Shown here piece by piece: positions 48,467 to 57,943 of a stretch of 64,000 nucleotides of DNA. A program made the position numbers and the translations under genes. This DNA is from an uncultured Desulfurococcaceae archaeon. Its GTDB lineage: Archaea; Thermoproteota; Thermoprotei_A; Sulfolobales; NBVN01. The stretch spans positions 313,595-377,594 of the forward strand of contig CAZXJO010000001.1 in assembly GCA_964641155.1 (NCBI GenBank). The letters are read 5' to 3'. Numbering within the stretch: the first letter of the stretch is position 1; each line of letters opens with the position of its first letter. The notes below the pieces were generated by a model. It searched no databases. It saw nothing but the letters and a program-made list of their open reading frames with translations, and was not told the DNA's origin.

Positions 48467-49954
48467 ATGAAATCCCTCCTGGAAAGTTACGTGAGGGGGA
48501 TTCAGAGTCTTAGGATTAGGGCAGGCTTGACGATATTGGATTGGAGGATGTTCCTAAGGTCTACTGCCAAGGACTTTTTAATCAGCTCAGCTGTGTTAGG
48601 GTCTTTACTCACCTCCGTAGGTATCCTATCCGGTGTTGATACGAATCAAATTTTGTTGTTGACTGCTTTCTCCATTGTTACCGCTGCGTTATTCCCTTAC
48701 ATGAAGTATAGGTTGTTGGCGAGAGCCCGCGGCAAGATGCTGGAAAACGAGTTAACGTACTTCATAATCTCTGAGGCTATCACCGCTACGGACTCCACCG
48801 AATTAATCAGCGATGTATGCGAGTTAACCGGTTGGGAAGGAGTTTTCCCCACCTTAAGCAGGGAGGGGTTGAGACTGAAGGTTTATAGGAAGTTCCTGAC
48901 CTTACTTGAGGCAGTTAACCTCTACGTTAAGTACTTACCATCCGAGTTCGTTTCCAGGCTTTTAAGTGACTACGTCCTCACGGTTTCCAGGGGTATTGTT
49001 GGTTCGTGGCTCTCACACACTTCAACCGAACTCCTCCGCAAGCTCGGAGGTGATACAAAAGCGTTCACTAAGCTAAGGACAACCACCGTCCTAGTTATCG
49101 GCATATTGGTCAGTTACTTACCGACTCTAATGTTTTCCCTCTCAGTAATCTCCGGTAGCAGGCACCTAACATCGGCAATTACTTTGACGCCCCTACTAGT
49201 GATAGCCTCGGCAGCTGTCCTTCCACGCAACACACAACATCTGAGGACGTACCTCAAATTCGGTAGGAAAGCCAACCTACTTACCTATGCCTCTTACGGA
49301 GCCGCGCTCTACACGGCCTACCAAATCTTCTCAGGCTCGACAAAAGTTGAATACCTGGTGATTACTACGTCGGTTCTGTTTTTAATCAACGGTGTCATAG
49401 GCATACGCAGATTTTACGGCGTGATTTATGAGATCTATGAAATACCTAAGATTATCCATATGTTCGCTGAGACGCCTCACATTCTAATAAACCCCGTCAG
49501 TGCTTTGAAGGATGTTTTAAGTAGGTGCAAGTCCAAGAGTTGGAAGGGGTTGGGGGCCAACCTAGATCTAAACAGCGTTTCGAGCGGTGTGAACATGCTT
49601 AACTCATGGCTGGGTAGGTACACTTACTACGTATTGACTAAGTCCATGGTTAACGGTTCTTTAAGTAAGGAACTGCTGCTGAGTTTAAGGGTCATCACAC
49701 TGGACATGTTGGAAGACCTTAAGCAGTACTTCGTAAGTACCGTACCCCTCATCGCGATGTCATTGATGGTACCCTGGCTCATGAATTCGATGATCTCATT
49801 AGCTGGGGTCGAAGCGTTAGGCTACGGATTCCACGTTTACCTATTAACCATAAGTTACTCCCTCTACGTCGATTACGTAATTTTCAACACGCCTAAAATC
49901 ACTGCCGTTTCAGCCGCGACACTGCTTTTATTAGGTACTATTTGGGTGGGTTAG
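48467..49954 (+). CDS. TadC/PilC-like multi-pass membrane platform protein (divergent)
   Basis: Two repeats of TM helices plus a cytoplasmic helical domain (LENELTYFII; EIPKIIH.FAE); directly follows the ATPase. Confidence 0.7.
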   Translation: MKSLLESYVRGIQSLRIRAGLTILDWRMFLRSTAKDFLISSAVLGSLLTSVGILSGVDTNQILLLTAFSIVTAALFPYMKYRLLARARGKMLENELTYFIISEAITATDSTELISDVCELTGWEGVFPTLSREGLRLKVYRKFLTLLEAVNLYVKYLPSEFVSRLLSDYVLTVSRGIVGSWLSHTSTELLRKLGGDTKAFTKLRTTTVLVIGILVSYLPTLMFSLSVISGSRHLTSAITLTPLLVIASAAVLPRNTQHLRTYLKFGRKANLLTYASYGAALYTAYQIFSGSTKVEYLVITTSVLFLINGVIGIRRFYGVIYEIYEIPKIIHMFAETPHILINPVSALKDVLSRCKSKSWKGLGANLDLNSVSSGVNMLNSWLGRYTYYVLTKSMVNGSLSKELLLSLRVITLDMLEDLKQYFVSTVPLIAMSLMVPWLMNSMISLAGVEALGYGFHVYLLTISYSLYVDYVIFNTPKITAVSAATLLLLGTIWVG

Positions 49955-52366
49955 TTGAAGCTCCCGGATTTGATAACTACTGTAGATCTTTACGAGATGT
50001 TGGGGGCGGAGGGCTTTAAGGGGTTCGTCAATCGGTGGGTTTTAATTAAGAACGTACCTCTTAACAAGGTAATTGTCAGACCCATCGTTAGTAGCTTTGA
50101 CGAATCACCAAGCTTGGTCATCAGCGAGGACATGAAGGTGGCGTGTAATGGGATGTGGTTGGTCAGAGACAACGGTAATTCTAAGGTGTACTTACGTGAC
50201 GGGAGCGAGTTACGTATAGATTGCGTGGTGTACAGCTTAGGTGATGGTTCACTGCTGAAGGTTTGTGATGACGTGCTAAGTAGTCTTAACCCGGCCACCG
50301 GGGACGAGGAGATCCTTATGAGGGGGTGTGATGACGTTGAAGTTAAGGGTTTAGGTAGTTCACCATTAGTGGTCATCCGTAATGGTGGTAGGAGATACCT
50401 CCTAGCACCTCATTTTGAGGACAAAGTGGCGGAAGTGCAGGACCTCCACTACGCGGACTCATGTACCACGGCGTTGACTGTGTTTAAGCATAGGAGGAAG
50501 TACTACGCGGCAATTAATTTTAAGTACCTGAACCTAGGTAAGACCTACGAACTCGATAAGTGCACCGCAGTAGAAGGGGTGTTGGTTGGTGATGGTTTAG
50601 GGGTTGTGAACTGTTCAGGTAACAGCTACTTAATATCCATTGATGAAATGCTGAAGATGCCGCTCCCGCTGGAGCCGGTAGCGCACGTACACCACGAGTA
50701 CGTGCTGTATGACAGTAAATTCGGAGTACTCATCAGGTTTGATGGACAGAACTTCAATCACTTACTACTCCTACCTAAACCTAAGGTTGTGGGGAAACTT
50801 CGTAGTGGTGAGTTGGTGGTGATTTCTAACGGCAGCCCTTACGTAATCACAGGTAACGTGTTTAAAGCTCTGGCGGGCTACAGAGTGTTAAATGGTCACG
50901 CAGATGATGAATACATAGTCTTAAGGAGTTTGAGGTCCTTAGACCTCTACAGGATGGTTGACTACATCTCTTCATATAGGCCGTTGGAATGCAGCTTAAT
51001 TAAGGAGAAGCTGATCTGCATTCATGGCGGGAATGCCCTAATTTACGATCTAACCGAACTCCACGACGTTGACATACGCATCGATAAGACTGACTTAAGC
51101 GTTGATAGCTACCCAATACTTGAGGTAACTCCTTGGTCCAGCAATTCGCAGCTCACAGTCAAGGGGCCGGTGACTATATCGCCGGAACCCCTCACCATGT
51201 CCCCTAAGTCGAAGCACTTCAACGTTAAGCCAACAATCCTTGGCAGGGAGTTAACGTTTAAAGCTACCCTAGATGCTGTGCTGGCTCAGGTTGCTAAGGA
51301 GCTCAAGATAAGGGCTAGTAGGGTTGAGCTTAAAGAACTCGTCGTCGGGGAGGTCAAGCATTCCTTAAACGGATGTATGGAGGGGACAGAGGATAACACC
51401 TTAGTACGTATGAGGTTGAAGGTTCTCAACCCAACCCCTGAGGAGGTCCAGCTACACATAACCTACTTAGAAGATGGTGGTGAAGTTCTTAAGAGACGAT
51501 CACAAGCTCTCAAACCTGGACTCAACGAGTTAGTCGTCGCCGATACCTTAAAGGCCAGCAGTGATGGTTTACGGATACTGATAACATATAAATGGTTTAA
51601 CCGCAATGAGGACCTCGCCTTAATCACTTTGAACCTAAGGGAGTACTTGGTTGAGGACCCAGTAAGCAGTTTAGAGAGTAAGGTTGAGGTGGTGGGCAGT
51701 TGCTCCTCCAAGTTAGTTGTAACTCCCTCATTTAGGACTGGTGTTGAGTTGCCGGTAAATGTGAGCGTGACGTGTTCGAACAATAAGGTTTTCCGGGGTG
51801 TTAACAGTGTGGTGTTAAATGAGTGCTCACTGCCCGCCGTCGTGGAGTTCAGATATGGTTACGGCGGAGTCGTTTGGAGAAAGTACCACATAATGAGAGG
51901 GGAGTCGTTAATTAACGTGAGTTTAAGCCCTGGAGACGATTTTGAGCTGATGGTTAATGAGGGCAGTAAATGTGTTGAGGGCTTCCTCCTAAACGATGTT
52001 GACCTAAACGTGAGGTTCGTCCGCCCAGTCAAACATATACTCGTTGAGCCCTACGTCATCGACGGCAACAAGGTCGGGTTAAGATTATCATGTAGTCTGT
52101 CGGCTGAGGGCACGGTGTTCGCTCTTATCGGAGGCAGGGTCACCTCCCTAGTAGGTAATGGAGGTGTTTTAGAGATTGATGTGAGGGACCCCATCATCAA
52201 CGACCTCAAAGTCATAGTATTTAGCGGCGGCATCAAGGAAACGTATTCCGTGGATAACGTGGCCTTAATTAAGAAGTACTTCGAACTCGGCGTCAACACA
52301 GCAACACTTCTTAAGAGTAGGCTAGTAGTTTGGGGTGGGTGTGGAAATATCTTCGGGAACCATTAA
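49955..52366 (+). CDS. Large hypothetical beta-rich protein (possible propeller + Ig-like domains)
   Basis: 803-aa ORF whose TTG abuts the upstream TAG; short alternating beta strands; about 16 Cys; no signal peptide or TM helix visible. Confidence 0.8.
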   Translation: MKLPDLITTVDLYEMLGAEGFKGFVNRWVLIKNVPLNKVIVRPIVSSFDESPSLVISEDMKVACNGMWLVRDNGNSKVYLRDGSELRIDCVVYSLGDGSLLKVCDDVLSSLNPATGDEEILMRGCDDVEVKGLGSSPLVVIRNGGRRYLLAPHFEDKVAEVQDLHYADSCTTALTVFKHRRKYYAAINFKYLNLGKTYELDKCTAVEGVLVGDGLGVVNCSGNSYLISIDEMLKMPLPLEPVAHVHHEYVLYDSKFGVLIRFDGQNFNHLLLLPKPKVVGKLRSGELVVISNGSPYVITGNVFKALAGYRVLNGHADDEYIVLRSLRSLDLYRMVDYISSYRPLECSLIKEKLICIHGGNALIYDLTELHDVDIRIDKTDLSVDSYPILEVTPWSSNSQLTVKGPVTISPEPLTMSPKSKHFNVKPTILGRELTFKATLDAVLAQVAKELKIRASRVELKELVVGEVKHSLNGCMEGTEDNTLVRMRLKVLNPTPEEVQLHITYLEDGGEVLKRRSQALKPGLNELVVADTLKASSDGLRILITYKWFNRNEDLALITLNLREYLVEDPVSSLESKVEVVGSCSSKLVVTPSFRTGVELPVNVSVTCSNNKVFRGVNSVVLNECSLPAVVEFRYGYGGVVWRKYHIMRGESLINVSLSPGDDFELMVNEGSKCVEGFLLNDVDLNVRFVRPVKHILVEPYVIDGNKVGLRLSCSLSAEGTVFALIGGRVTSLVGNGGVLEIDVRDPIINDLKVIVFSGGIKETYSVDNVALIKKYFELGVNTATLLKSRLVVWGGCGNIFGNH

Positions 52367-54074
52367 ATTAGAAGATGTTAAGGTACTCAACAACGGCATA
52401 ATAATTTTCAGGAAATCTGATGATGAGGTCTGCGGTAAGAAGGTCGTTAAGGTCAGCAACATCATCACATCGATTAACGACTTGAGCGAGCAGGAAGTCC
52501 TCAAATACTTGAAGACCTACTTCAACTCCCTCAACCTTGGTTTCCCGATAGAGGTGAGGGCGGTTTTCAAACCTTTAGATAAGGAGAAAATAGTGTCGGA
52601 GGTTAACAAGAAAATTCAGAACTTGCTGATAACCATTGAGGTCAACCCATCCAACGTTAAGGCTAGATCGGACCTCGACAAGCTTATGAGGTTTAAGGAG
52701 AGAATTTCAAAGCATGGGATACAGCCCTACGACGTACTCGCATACTACGTAGTCGAGGCATGCGGTGAGTCGGAGGAGGACGTCATTAAGTTACTTGATG
52801 TAAGGACCGCACTCCTTATGAAGACCTTAGAATCCCTAGGGATTATGACCAACGAGTTGAAAGGTGTGGAGGGTAGGGTCCTACTTCAGATGTTTTTTCG
52901 GGGTCATACCTACGGACCATATGATTTAATCCTAACTAAACTCCTCAGATGGAGGTATCACTCAAGGATTGCGTCAACAACTCTAGCAGTTCTCAACCCA
53001 CACATAATAAGCACGCGTACCAGGTTCGAGCTAAGGAGCGCGGGGGTGTACGTTGGGACCAACATAGTTACTTCTGAGGATGTCTACTGGAACGTTGAGA
53101 AGTGCTTAAACCCTCACGTCTTGGTGGTGGGTCCTTCAGGTATAGGGAAGACTGAGACGTTGATAACGTTATTGTTGGGGGTCTCCAACACCTACTCCAC
53201 TAGGATCGTTGTAGTGGACGTTAAGAACGAATACAGGGAAAGGTTGTTGAGGAGGGGTTATAGGGTCGGGGTACTCAACCTAGGTGTTGACGTAGGGTTA
53301 GGCATCAGCCATCTGACGAGGTTAGTACCCAAGACGTTTAGGGCTGCATATCTGACGGAAATGGTCAGCGACTCAATGTTCTTAAGTAGTGATAAGGAAA
53401 TCACAGCAACTCTTTACAGGGTCTTCAACGATGCCTTAGAATTCGTTGAAGATGGTTCTACCAATTTCTGGGGTGTTATTAAGGACGTTACCTCCTCTGT
53501 GGAGAACGAGTACGTGCAGTACAAGCTTATGCGTATGGTGACCACGGTTGAGTCCTTAGATCGTGGCACACCCCTGATTAATCCCCTAGCCGACTCAGAA
53601 CGGATAACTGTGGTAAACCTCTCGAACGTATCGATGTTGGGGGTGGATTACCTAAACTTATCCATGTCCGTCCTCTTCAACACCATTCAATTGCTCTACA
53701 TGGGTAACGTAAGTGAAAGCCGTCCCCCCAAGGTCCAAGTGGTAGTTGATGAGGCATGGCAGTTCCTACTTCACAGGGTTCCCCTACTTCTCAAACTGCT
53801 TAAATTGGGCAGGGGTTACGGCGTGTCAGTGGCGTTGGCGACTCAGAGCCTTCACGACCTAGGTGAGTTGAGTAAGGAATACGTGGAGAACGCGGGTTTA
53901 CTCATAGCCCTACCTTCACCGGACGCAGCGTACTGGAAAGAACTTTCGAAGTACATGAGGATCTCGTATGATGAAGTACGGAGTTATACGCTGATGTTGG
54001 GTAAGGGGGACGCGTTAATACGCATCCTACCTGACCCTAGGCCTATACCAACTAGGTTAAATCATGAAAGTTAG
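52335..54074 (+). CDS. VirB4/HerA-like (FtsK-HerA superfamily) ATPase
   Basis: NPHVLVVGPSGIGKT, VVDVKNEY, Walker B VVVDEAW, GRGYGVSVALATQS; N-terminal non-ATPase domain; start overlaps the upstream gene. Confidence 0.88.
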   Translation: MGVEISSGTIKLEDVKVLNNGIIIFRKSDDEVCGKKVVKVSNIITSINDLSEQEVLKYLKTYFNSLNLGFPIEVRAVFKPLDKEKIVSEVNKKIQNLLITIEVNPSNVKARSDLDKLMRFKERISKHGIQPYDVLAYYVVEACGESEEDVIKLLDVRTALLMKTLESLGIMTNELKGVEGRVLLQMFFRGHTYGPYDLILTKLLRWRYHSRIASTTLAVLNPHIISTRTRFELRSAGVYVGTNIVTSEDVYWNVEKCLNPHVLVVGPSGIGKTETLITLLLGVSNTYSTRIVVVDVKNEYRERLLRRGYRVGVLNLGVDVGLGISHLTRLVPKTFRAAYLTEMVSDSMFLSSDKEITATLYRVFNDALEFVEDGSTNFWGVIKDVTSSVENEYVQYKLMRMVTTVESLDRGTPLINPLADSERITVVNLSNVSMLGVDYLNLSMSVLFNTIQLLYMGNVSESRPPKVQVVVDEAWQFLLHRVPLLLKLLKLGRGYGVSVALATQSLHDLGELSKEYVENAGLLIALPSPDAAYWKELSKYMRISYDEVRSYTLMLGKGDALIRILPDPRPIPTRLNHES

Positions 54075-54163
54075 TTGAGTCCGAAAACGCATCAGCCTTA
54101 ATCAACGCTGCCGTGAAGAACCCCCAGCATATTTAAACGAGTCTAAGACTGAGGAATATACTT

Positions 54164-54901
54164 GTGGGAGGCTTGGCAGTCCTTAACGCGGTCTTGATGG
54201 CGGTCTCCGTTAACGTATTGCTGATGACAGCATATTTCATCATATTCCTCAACACGGGTTTGGACGTGTATGAGGCCTCCTTACTAGCTCCCTTAGTTGT
54301 CTCGGCCTCAAACGTCCTGGGTAGGTTTAACCTCCCGGTTGGTGGGGTAATGCTAAGTAACGAATTGAGGAAGGCCAGTGTTATCAAATTGAATAGAGAC
54401 TACCTCATTCAATCACTGAGGTTTAGAGCTGTCCGCAACATCTCCATCGAATTCAACTTAGGTGGTGCCTTGGTTCCCTTCATTATATCTTCGTCATTAC
54501 TTATCAACTACGTGGCGTCTTACGGCATAACTGCGCTGTCAGCTATCTTAGTACTCATAACATTTTCAACGTTGTTAATCAACAGGATTTCCGTAGTCAT
54601 TAAGGGCTTAGGTTTGGCTGTCCCAGTAACCATTGCTTCATTGATGATATCCTCCCTCTGCCTGGTCTTCGAGACTATTGTTGGTGGTTATGAACCGTTG
54701 GGTACGGGCGTCTCGTACTTAGTGGCTTACGCATCGATCCTGTTGGGGGTCGACCTAATGAATTTGGGTAAGATAACACTCTACGATGCTAGGAAATTAA
54801 TTATCGGTGGTTTGAGGGTCTACGACGCCTTATCGCTGATGCCCGCTACATCAGTTATAATCACTCACTTAATTCGGACGGTTATTTACCCCCGCATCTG
54901 A
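54164..54901 (+). CDS. DUF1614-like multi-pass membrane protein
   Basis: FNLP, FNLGGALVP, G.AVP, LLGVDLMNL, IIGG...YD.L motifs; about 6-7 TM helices. Confidence 0.7.
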   Translation: MGGLAVLNAVLMAVSVNVLLMTAYFIIFLNTGLDVYEASLLAPLVVSASNVLGRFNLPVGGVMLSNELRKASVIKLNRDYLIQSLRFRAVRNISIEFNLGGALVPFIISSSLLINYVASYGITALSAILVLITFSTLLINRISVVIKGLGLAVPVTIASLMISSLCLVFETIVGGYEPLGTGVSYLVAYASILLGVDLMNLGKITLYDARKLIIGGLRVYDALSLMPATSVIITHLIRTVIYPRI

Positions 54902-54908
54902 GCGAGCC

Positions 54909-55145
54909 CTAACTCGTAAGCACCACAAGCAGTTCATGTTTCTTTAAAGTCGTCACAACGGTCTTAGAGAGCCTCACCACTTCCTCACCTTTTAAGCCCT
55001 CCACAATTACCTTAAACTCGTAAAATCCGGGGATTAACGTCGGAGGCGTGCTCACACCTTCAATAACGGTCTTAACCATTACATCGTCATGTGACCACAC
55101 AACACTTAGCCCAACCCTGGCGTAGTCACCTCCGTAGCTTTCCAT
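54909..55145 (-). CDS. Hypothetical protein (frame open upstream to 55235)
   Basis: Protein-like reading continues 30 codons upstream of the ATG with no stop. Confidence 0.55.
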   Translation of the reverse strand: MESYGGDYARVGLSVVWSHDDVMVKTVIEGVSTPPTLIPGFYEFKVIVEGLKGEEVVRLSKTVVTTLKKHELLVVLTS

Positions 55146-55293
55146 TAGCTGTTTAATTAGTTCGTTGATGCCTAAGGAAACTTTTTCAGGGCTCTCAGAC
55201 CTTACTGTGTAGATAACTTTAAACGTTTTGAAACCCTAGGTAGTCTACAGATACGACGCTTAAAAACAATGTTAGGATGGAGATGAGGTCTGG

Positions 55294-55518
55294 ATGAACT
55301 ATATAGTTTCCACTCCTTCAGATGTGAAGAAACTAATGAAAGATCTCTCCAGCAAGTTAAAATGCGGAGAGAGAGTTGAGATAACCTTAACCAATGAGGA
55401 ATTGATAGCTTTAGTCCCACCCGAAGCTATTTCCAGGGGGCTCTCAGTTGTTGACGCTTATGAGTTCGGAGGTAACATAATCGTAACTGTCGAGAACAGG
55501 TTCGTTAAGTGTAAGTAA
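55294..55518 (+). CDS. Small SirA/TusA-like fold protein lacking the CPxP motif
   Basis: L..GE.VEI..TN...+P......G..VV......GG...+.+E pattern; GAGGT SD. Confidence 0.5.
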   Translation: MNYIVSTPSDVKKLMKDLSSKLKCGERVEITLTNEELIALVPPEAISRGLSVVDAYEFGGNIIVTVENRFVKCK

Positions 55519-55539
55519 GCGTTGTCGTTGGGGTAGGAC

Positions 55540-56022
55540 ATGTCTAAGAAGGCTGAGCACATCGACGAAGTTGACAGGTCGATATTGAGGTTACTGCTTA
55601 GCAATGGGAGGATCCCGTATAGGAGAATTGCTGATGAGTTGAACTTAAGTGAGTCGACGATCTACTTAAGGATTAGGAAATTGAGCAAGTTAGGCATTTT
55701 AAAGGGGTTCACCGTCAACGTAGATTTAAGTAAGTTAGGGTTCATTGTAGTGGCCTACATACTGTTGAAGGTATCCCCCAAGAACTATGAGGACTCATTG
55801 AAGCGGATAGCTAATCACCCAGGAGTTGTTGAGGCCTACGAAGTATCAGGGGAGCATCAGGTGTTGGTTAAGGCCGTGGCAGCGGATAACAGAGAGCTAG
55901 CTAAGATAGTTGATGGCTTAGGCAGCATAGGCGGTTTGGTGGAGGTTAAGGTCTTATACGTCCTCAGAACATTGCGAACCCCACATGAAGCGGTTGAAAT
56001 AATCTCGCAGTCCACGACCTAG
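55540..56022 (+). CDS. Lrp/AsnC-family transcriptional regulator
   Basis: DEVDRSILRLL..NGR.PY..IA.EL.LSEST...RI.KL...G; C-terminal EAYEVSGE RAM domain. Confidence 0.93.
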   Translation: MSKKAEHIDEVDRSILRLLLSNGRIPYRRIADELNLSESTIYLRIRKLSKLGILKGFTVNVDLSKLGFIVVAYILLKVSPKNYEDSLKRIANHPGVVEAYEVSGEHQVLVKAVAADNRELAKIVDGLGSIGGLVEVKVLYVLRTLRTPHEAVEIISQSTT

Positions 56023-56027
56023 GTAAC

Positions 56028-56918
56028 TCAACTTTTAAGTAGCTTTATCACGTACTCAGCTATTTTCTCACTAGGGTTTATCCCCGTAGCTGACATGAAC
56101 CCCGACCACTGAGGTGCGGCATTAACCTCGAACATTACGAAACCACCATCAACTTCACCTATGTCGATCCCCGCATAGTGAAGTTTTAAAGCGTTAACCG
56201 CTTTAAGAGACATATCGATAACTTCATCGCTTAACCTCTCTATCTTCTCAGCCCGCGCACCTTGAGCTATGTTAGTTTTCCAACTACCGTTGGGTGCGTA
56301 CCTGTAGTAGCCGCCTAACACCTCATCACCGACGACGAAGACCCTAATATCTCTACCGGGTTTAGGCACATACTTTTGGATGTATACTGGTTGGCCGTGT
56401 GTTAACCAAGTCTTAGCTATGGTGAAAACTATGTCAGGATCTGACGTTCTAACAGATCCGTACCCCATGCTACCCATCATAGGTTTAATAACTACATCAC
56501 CCCACTTCCTACATATCTCAACCGCGGAGAACACCTCCTCAACTACAGCGGTGGGAGGTACCCCCACACCGGCTGACTTAAGGGCCATTATGGATGCGTA
56601 CTTATCACGAGCCCTCAACATGGACTCTATGGGATTGATGATTAAAGTTCCTGAGAGCTCCAGCTGTCTTATGATGTCGGCACGTCTGAAGACCTGTTCC
56701 AAGGTTGCTATGAAGCCCAGACTCCGTATGATCAACGCGTCCATAGGCTCCCCTACCTCGTTGCCGTACATGATCTTAATTCCATCATCGTCCATTATTG
56801 AGGCTAGCCTTGAAATCCTCAGATATGAGCTCTCAACACCCCTCTTCATGAAGGCGAGCATTAACTGCCTAGAACTCAATGTCGGCACCGGGGAGTCATG
56901 AACTATACCAACCCTCAT
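56028..56918 (-). CDS. RimK-family ATP-grasp ligase (MptN/methylotroph Orf5-like glutamate ligase)
   Basis: RDKY, VIKP..GSMG.G, YIQKYV..PGRDIRVFV, WKTNIAQG, FEVNAAPQW.G; adjacent to the RFAP synthase. Confidence 0.88.
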   Translation of the reverse strand: MRVGIVHDSPVPTLSSRQLMLAFMKRGVESSYLRISRLASIMDDDGIKIMYGNEVGEPMDALIIRSLGFIATLEQVFRRADIIRQLELSGTLIINPIESMLRARDKYASIMALKSAGVGVPPTAVVEEVFSAVEICRKWGDVVIKPMMGSMGYGSVRTSDPDIVFTIAKTWLTHGQPVYIQKYVPKPGRDIRVFVVGDEVLGGYYRYAPNGSWKTNIAQGARAEKIERLSDEVIDMSLKAVNALKLHYAGIDIGEVDGGFVMFEVNAAPQWSGFMSATGINPSEKIAEYVIKLLKS

Positions 56919-56971
56919 TTGAAGACCACCCCAACCACTTACTGATGCGGGTAGGCAGTTTAAATAAGTTC

Positions 56972-57943
56972 CTAAGCAACGTTCGCGTAGACTGAGACCT
57001 GGTGCCCTAACTTAGCTACGTTAGTGACCCATAACCTAACACTCAGCCCTTTCCTATCCGCAAAGCTCAATATCGATGATTTCACACTTAACGCGTTGGC
57101 GTATCTATTGGTGAAGCCGTAGATTGCGGGTCCCCAACTGCTCTGACCAACACCCCTAATCCCCCCTTCCACCATTAAAGTCGCCAGCTCTTCACATACA
57201 TCGTACGCGAATAAACCCCCTTGATACTTACTGAAGTACTCCCCAGTCAACGCCTGTATGGTGGAGAGCGCTTTGGTGAATGTGTTGAAGTCCTTCAAGC
57301 TGAGGGACGTTAATAACATTACCAACTCCCTGTAGAGCGTATCCTGCTTCGGGAACGCCTCAGCCGCACTGATGATTTCAGCCTCCTCACCTTCGCTCAA
57401 CCCCCTAACACCTTCAGGTAACGCCACGACCAAGTACCAATTATCCGGTACTTCATATACGTGGAGCAGTTTAGGGTACCTCGCAGATCTGTCCCTAACG
57501 TCTAAACCTGAGTCAACCACTAGATTACCGTAGAAGAACGAGTAAATACCGACTCCCGAGATCTTCCTGCCGAGTAAGTCAATGATGCGTGTTAAATCAG
57601 GTTCCACACCCAAGTAGTTAGTAAGCGCTAAGTAAGTAGCCAATATGATTCTAGTCCTCGAGCCCAGCCCGACGTGGTGGCCTATAAGACCTCTTACCTC
57701 TATATCAGCTCCGCCCACCTTGAGCAACTTAGTTAAGGAGGTTACCAGATCCTCACACGGTTTGGTGGCACACCTAACCCTCAGCTCCGGACTACTGCGG
57801 ACGAGCACCGTTATGTTGGGCTCCTCAACTGATACTCCTACGGAGCCGTACATGTATGGGTAGTCGTAGAACCTGTAGAAACCTAGGTGTAGTCTGAAGC
57901 CTGCCTTAACCTCTACCGCTAAGTCACTACCTCTCACAGGCAT
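56972..57943 (-). CDS. Beta-ribofuranosylaminobenzene 5'-phosphate synthase family (GHMP fold)
   Basis: RLHLGF, HVGLGSRT, SGVGIY.F..GNLVVDSG, GVGQSSWGP. Confidence 0.88.
   Translation of the reverse strand: MPVRGSDLAVEVKAGFRLHLGFYRFYDYPYMYGSVGVSVEEPNITVLVRSSPELRVRCATKPCEDLVTSLTKLLKVGGADIEVRGLIGHHVGLGSRTRIILATYLALTNYLGVEPDLTRIIDLLGRKISGVGIYSFFYGNLVVDSGLDVRDRSARYPKLLHVYEVPDNWYLVVALPEGVRGLSEGEEAEIISAAEAFPKQDTLYRELVMLLTSLSLKDFNTFTKALSTIQALTGEYFSKYQGGLFAYDVCEELATLMVEGGIRGVGQSSWGPAIYGFTNRYANALSVKSSILSFADRKGLSVRLWVTNVAKLGHQVSVYANVA

Noticed and set aside
46632-49954. Archaellum (fla/arl) operon
   Set aside because: No FlaH/FlaF/FlaG/FlaX genes are adjacent; the KaiC-like ATPase at 15663 is two-domain and 30 kb away.
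55294-56918. Possible LysW/LysM/LysX lysine-biosynthesis module (small protein + Lrp + RimK)
   Set aside because: The small protein lacks the LysW zinc ribbon and EDWGE tail. The ligase is convergent and linked to RFAP synthase, with an MptN-like P.W.G motif.
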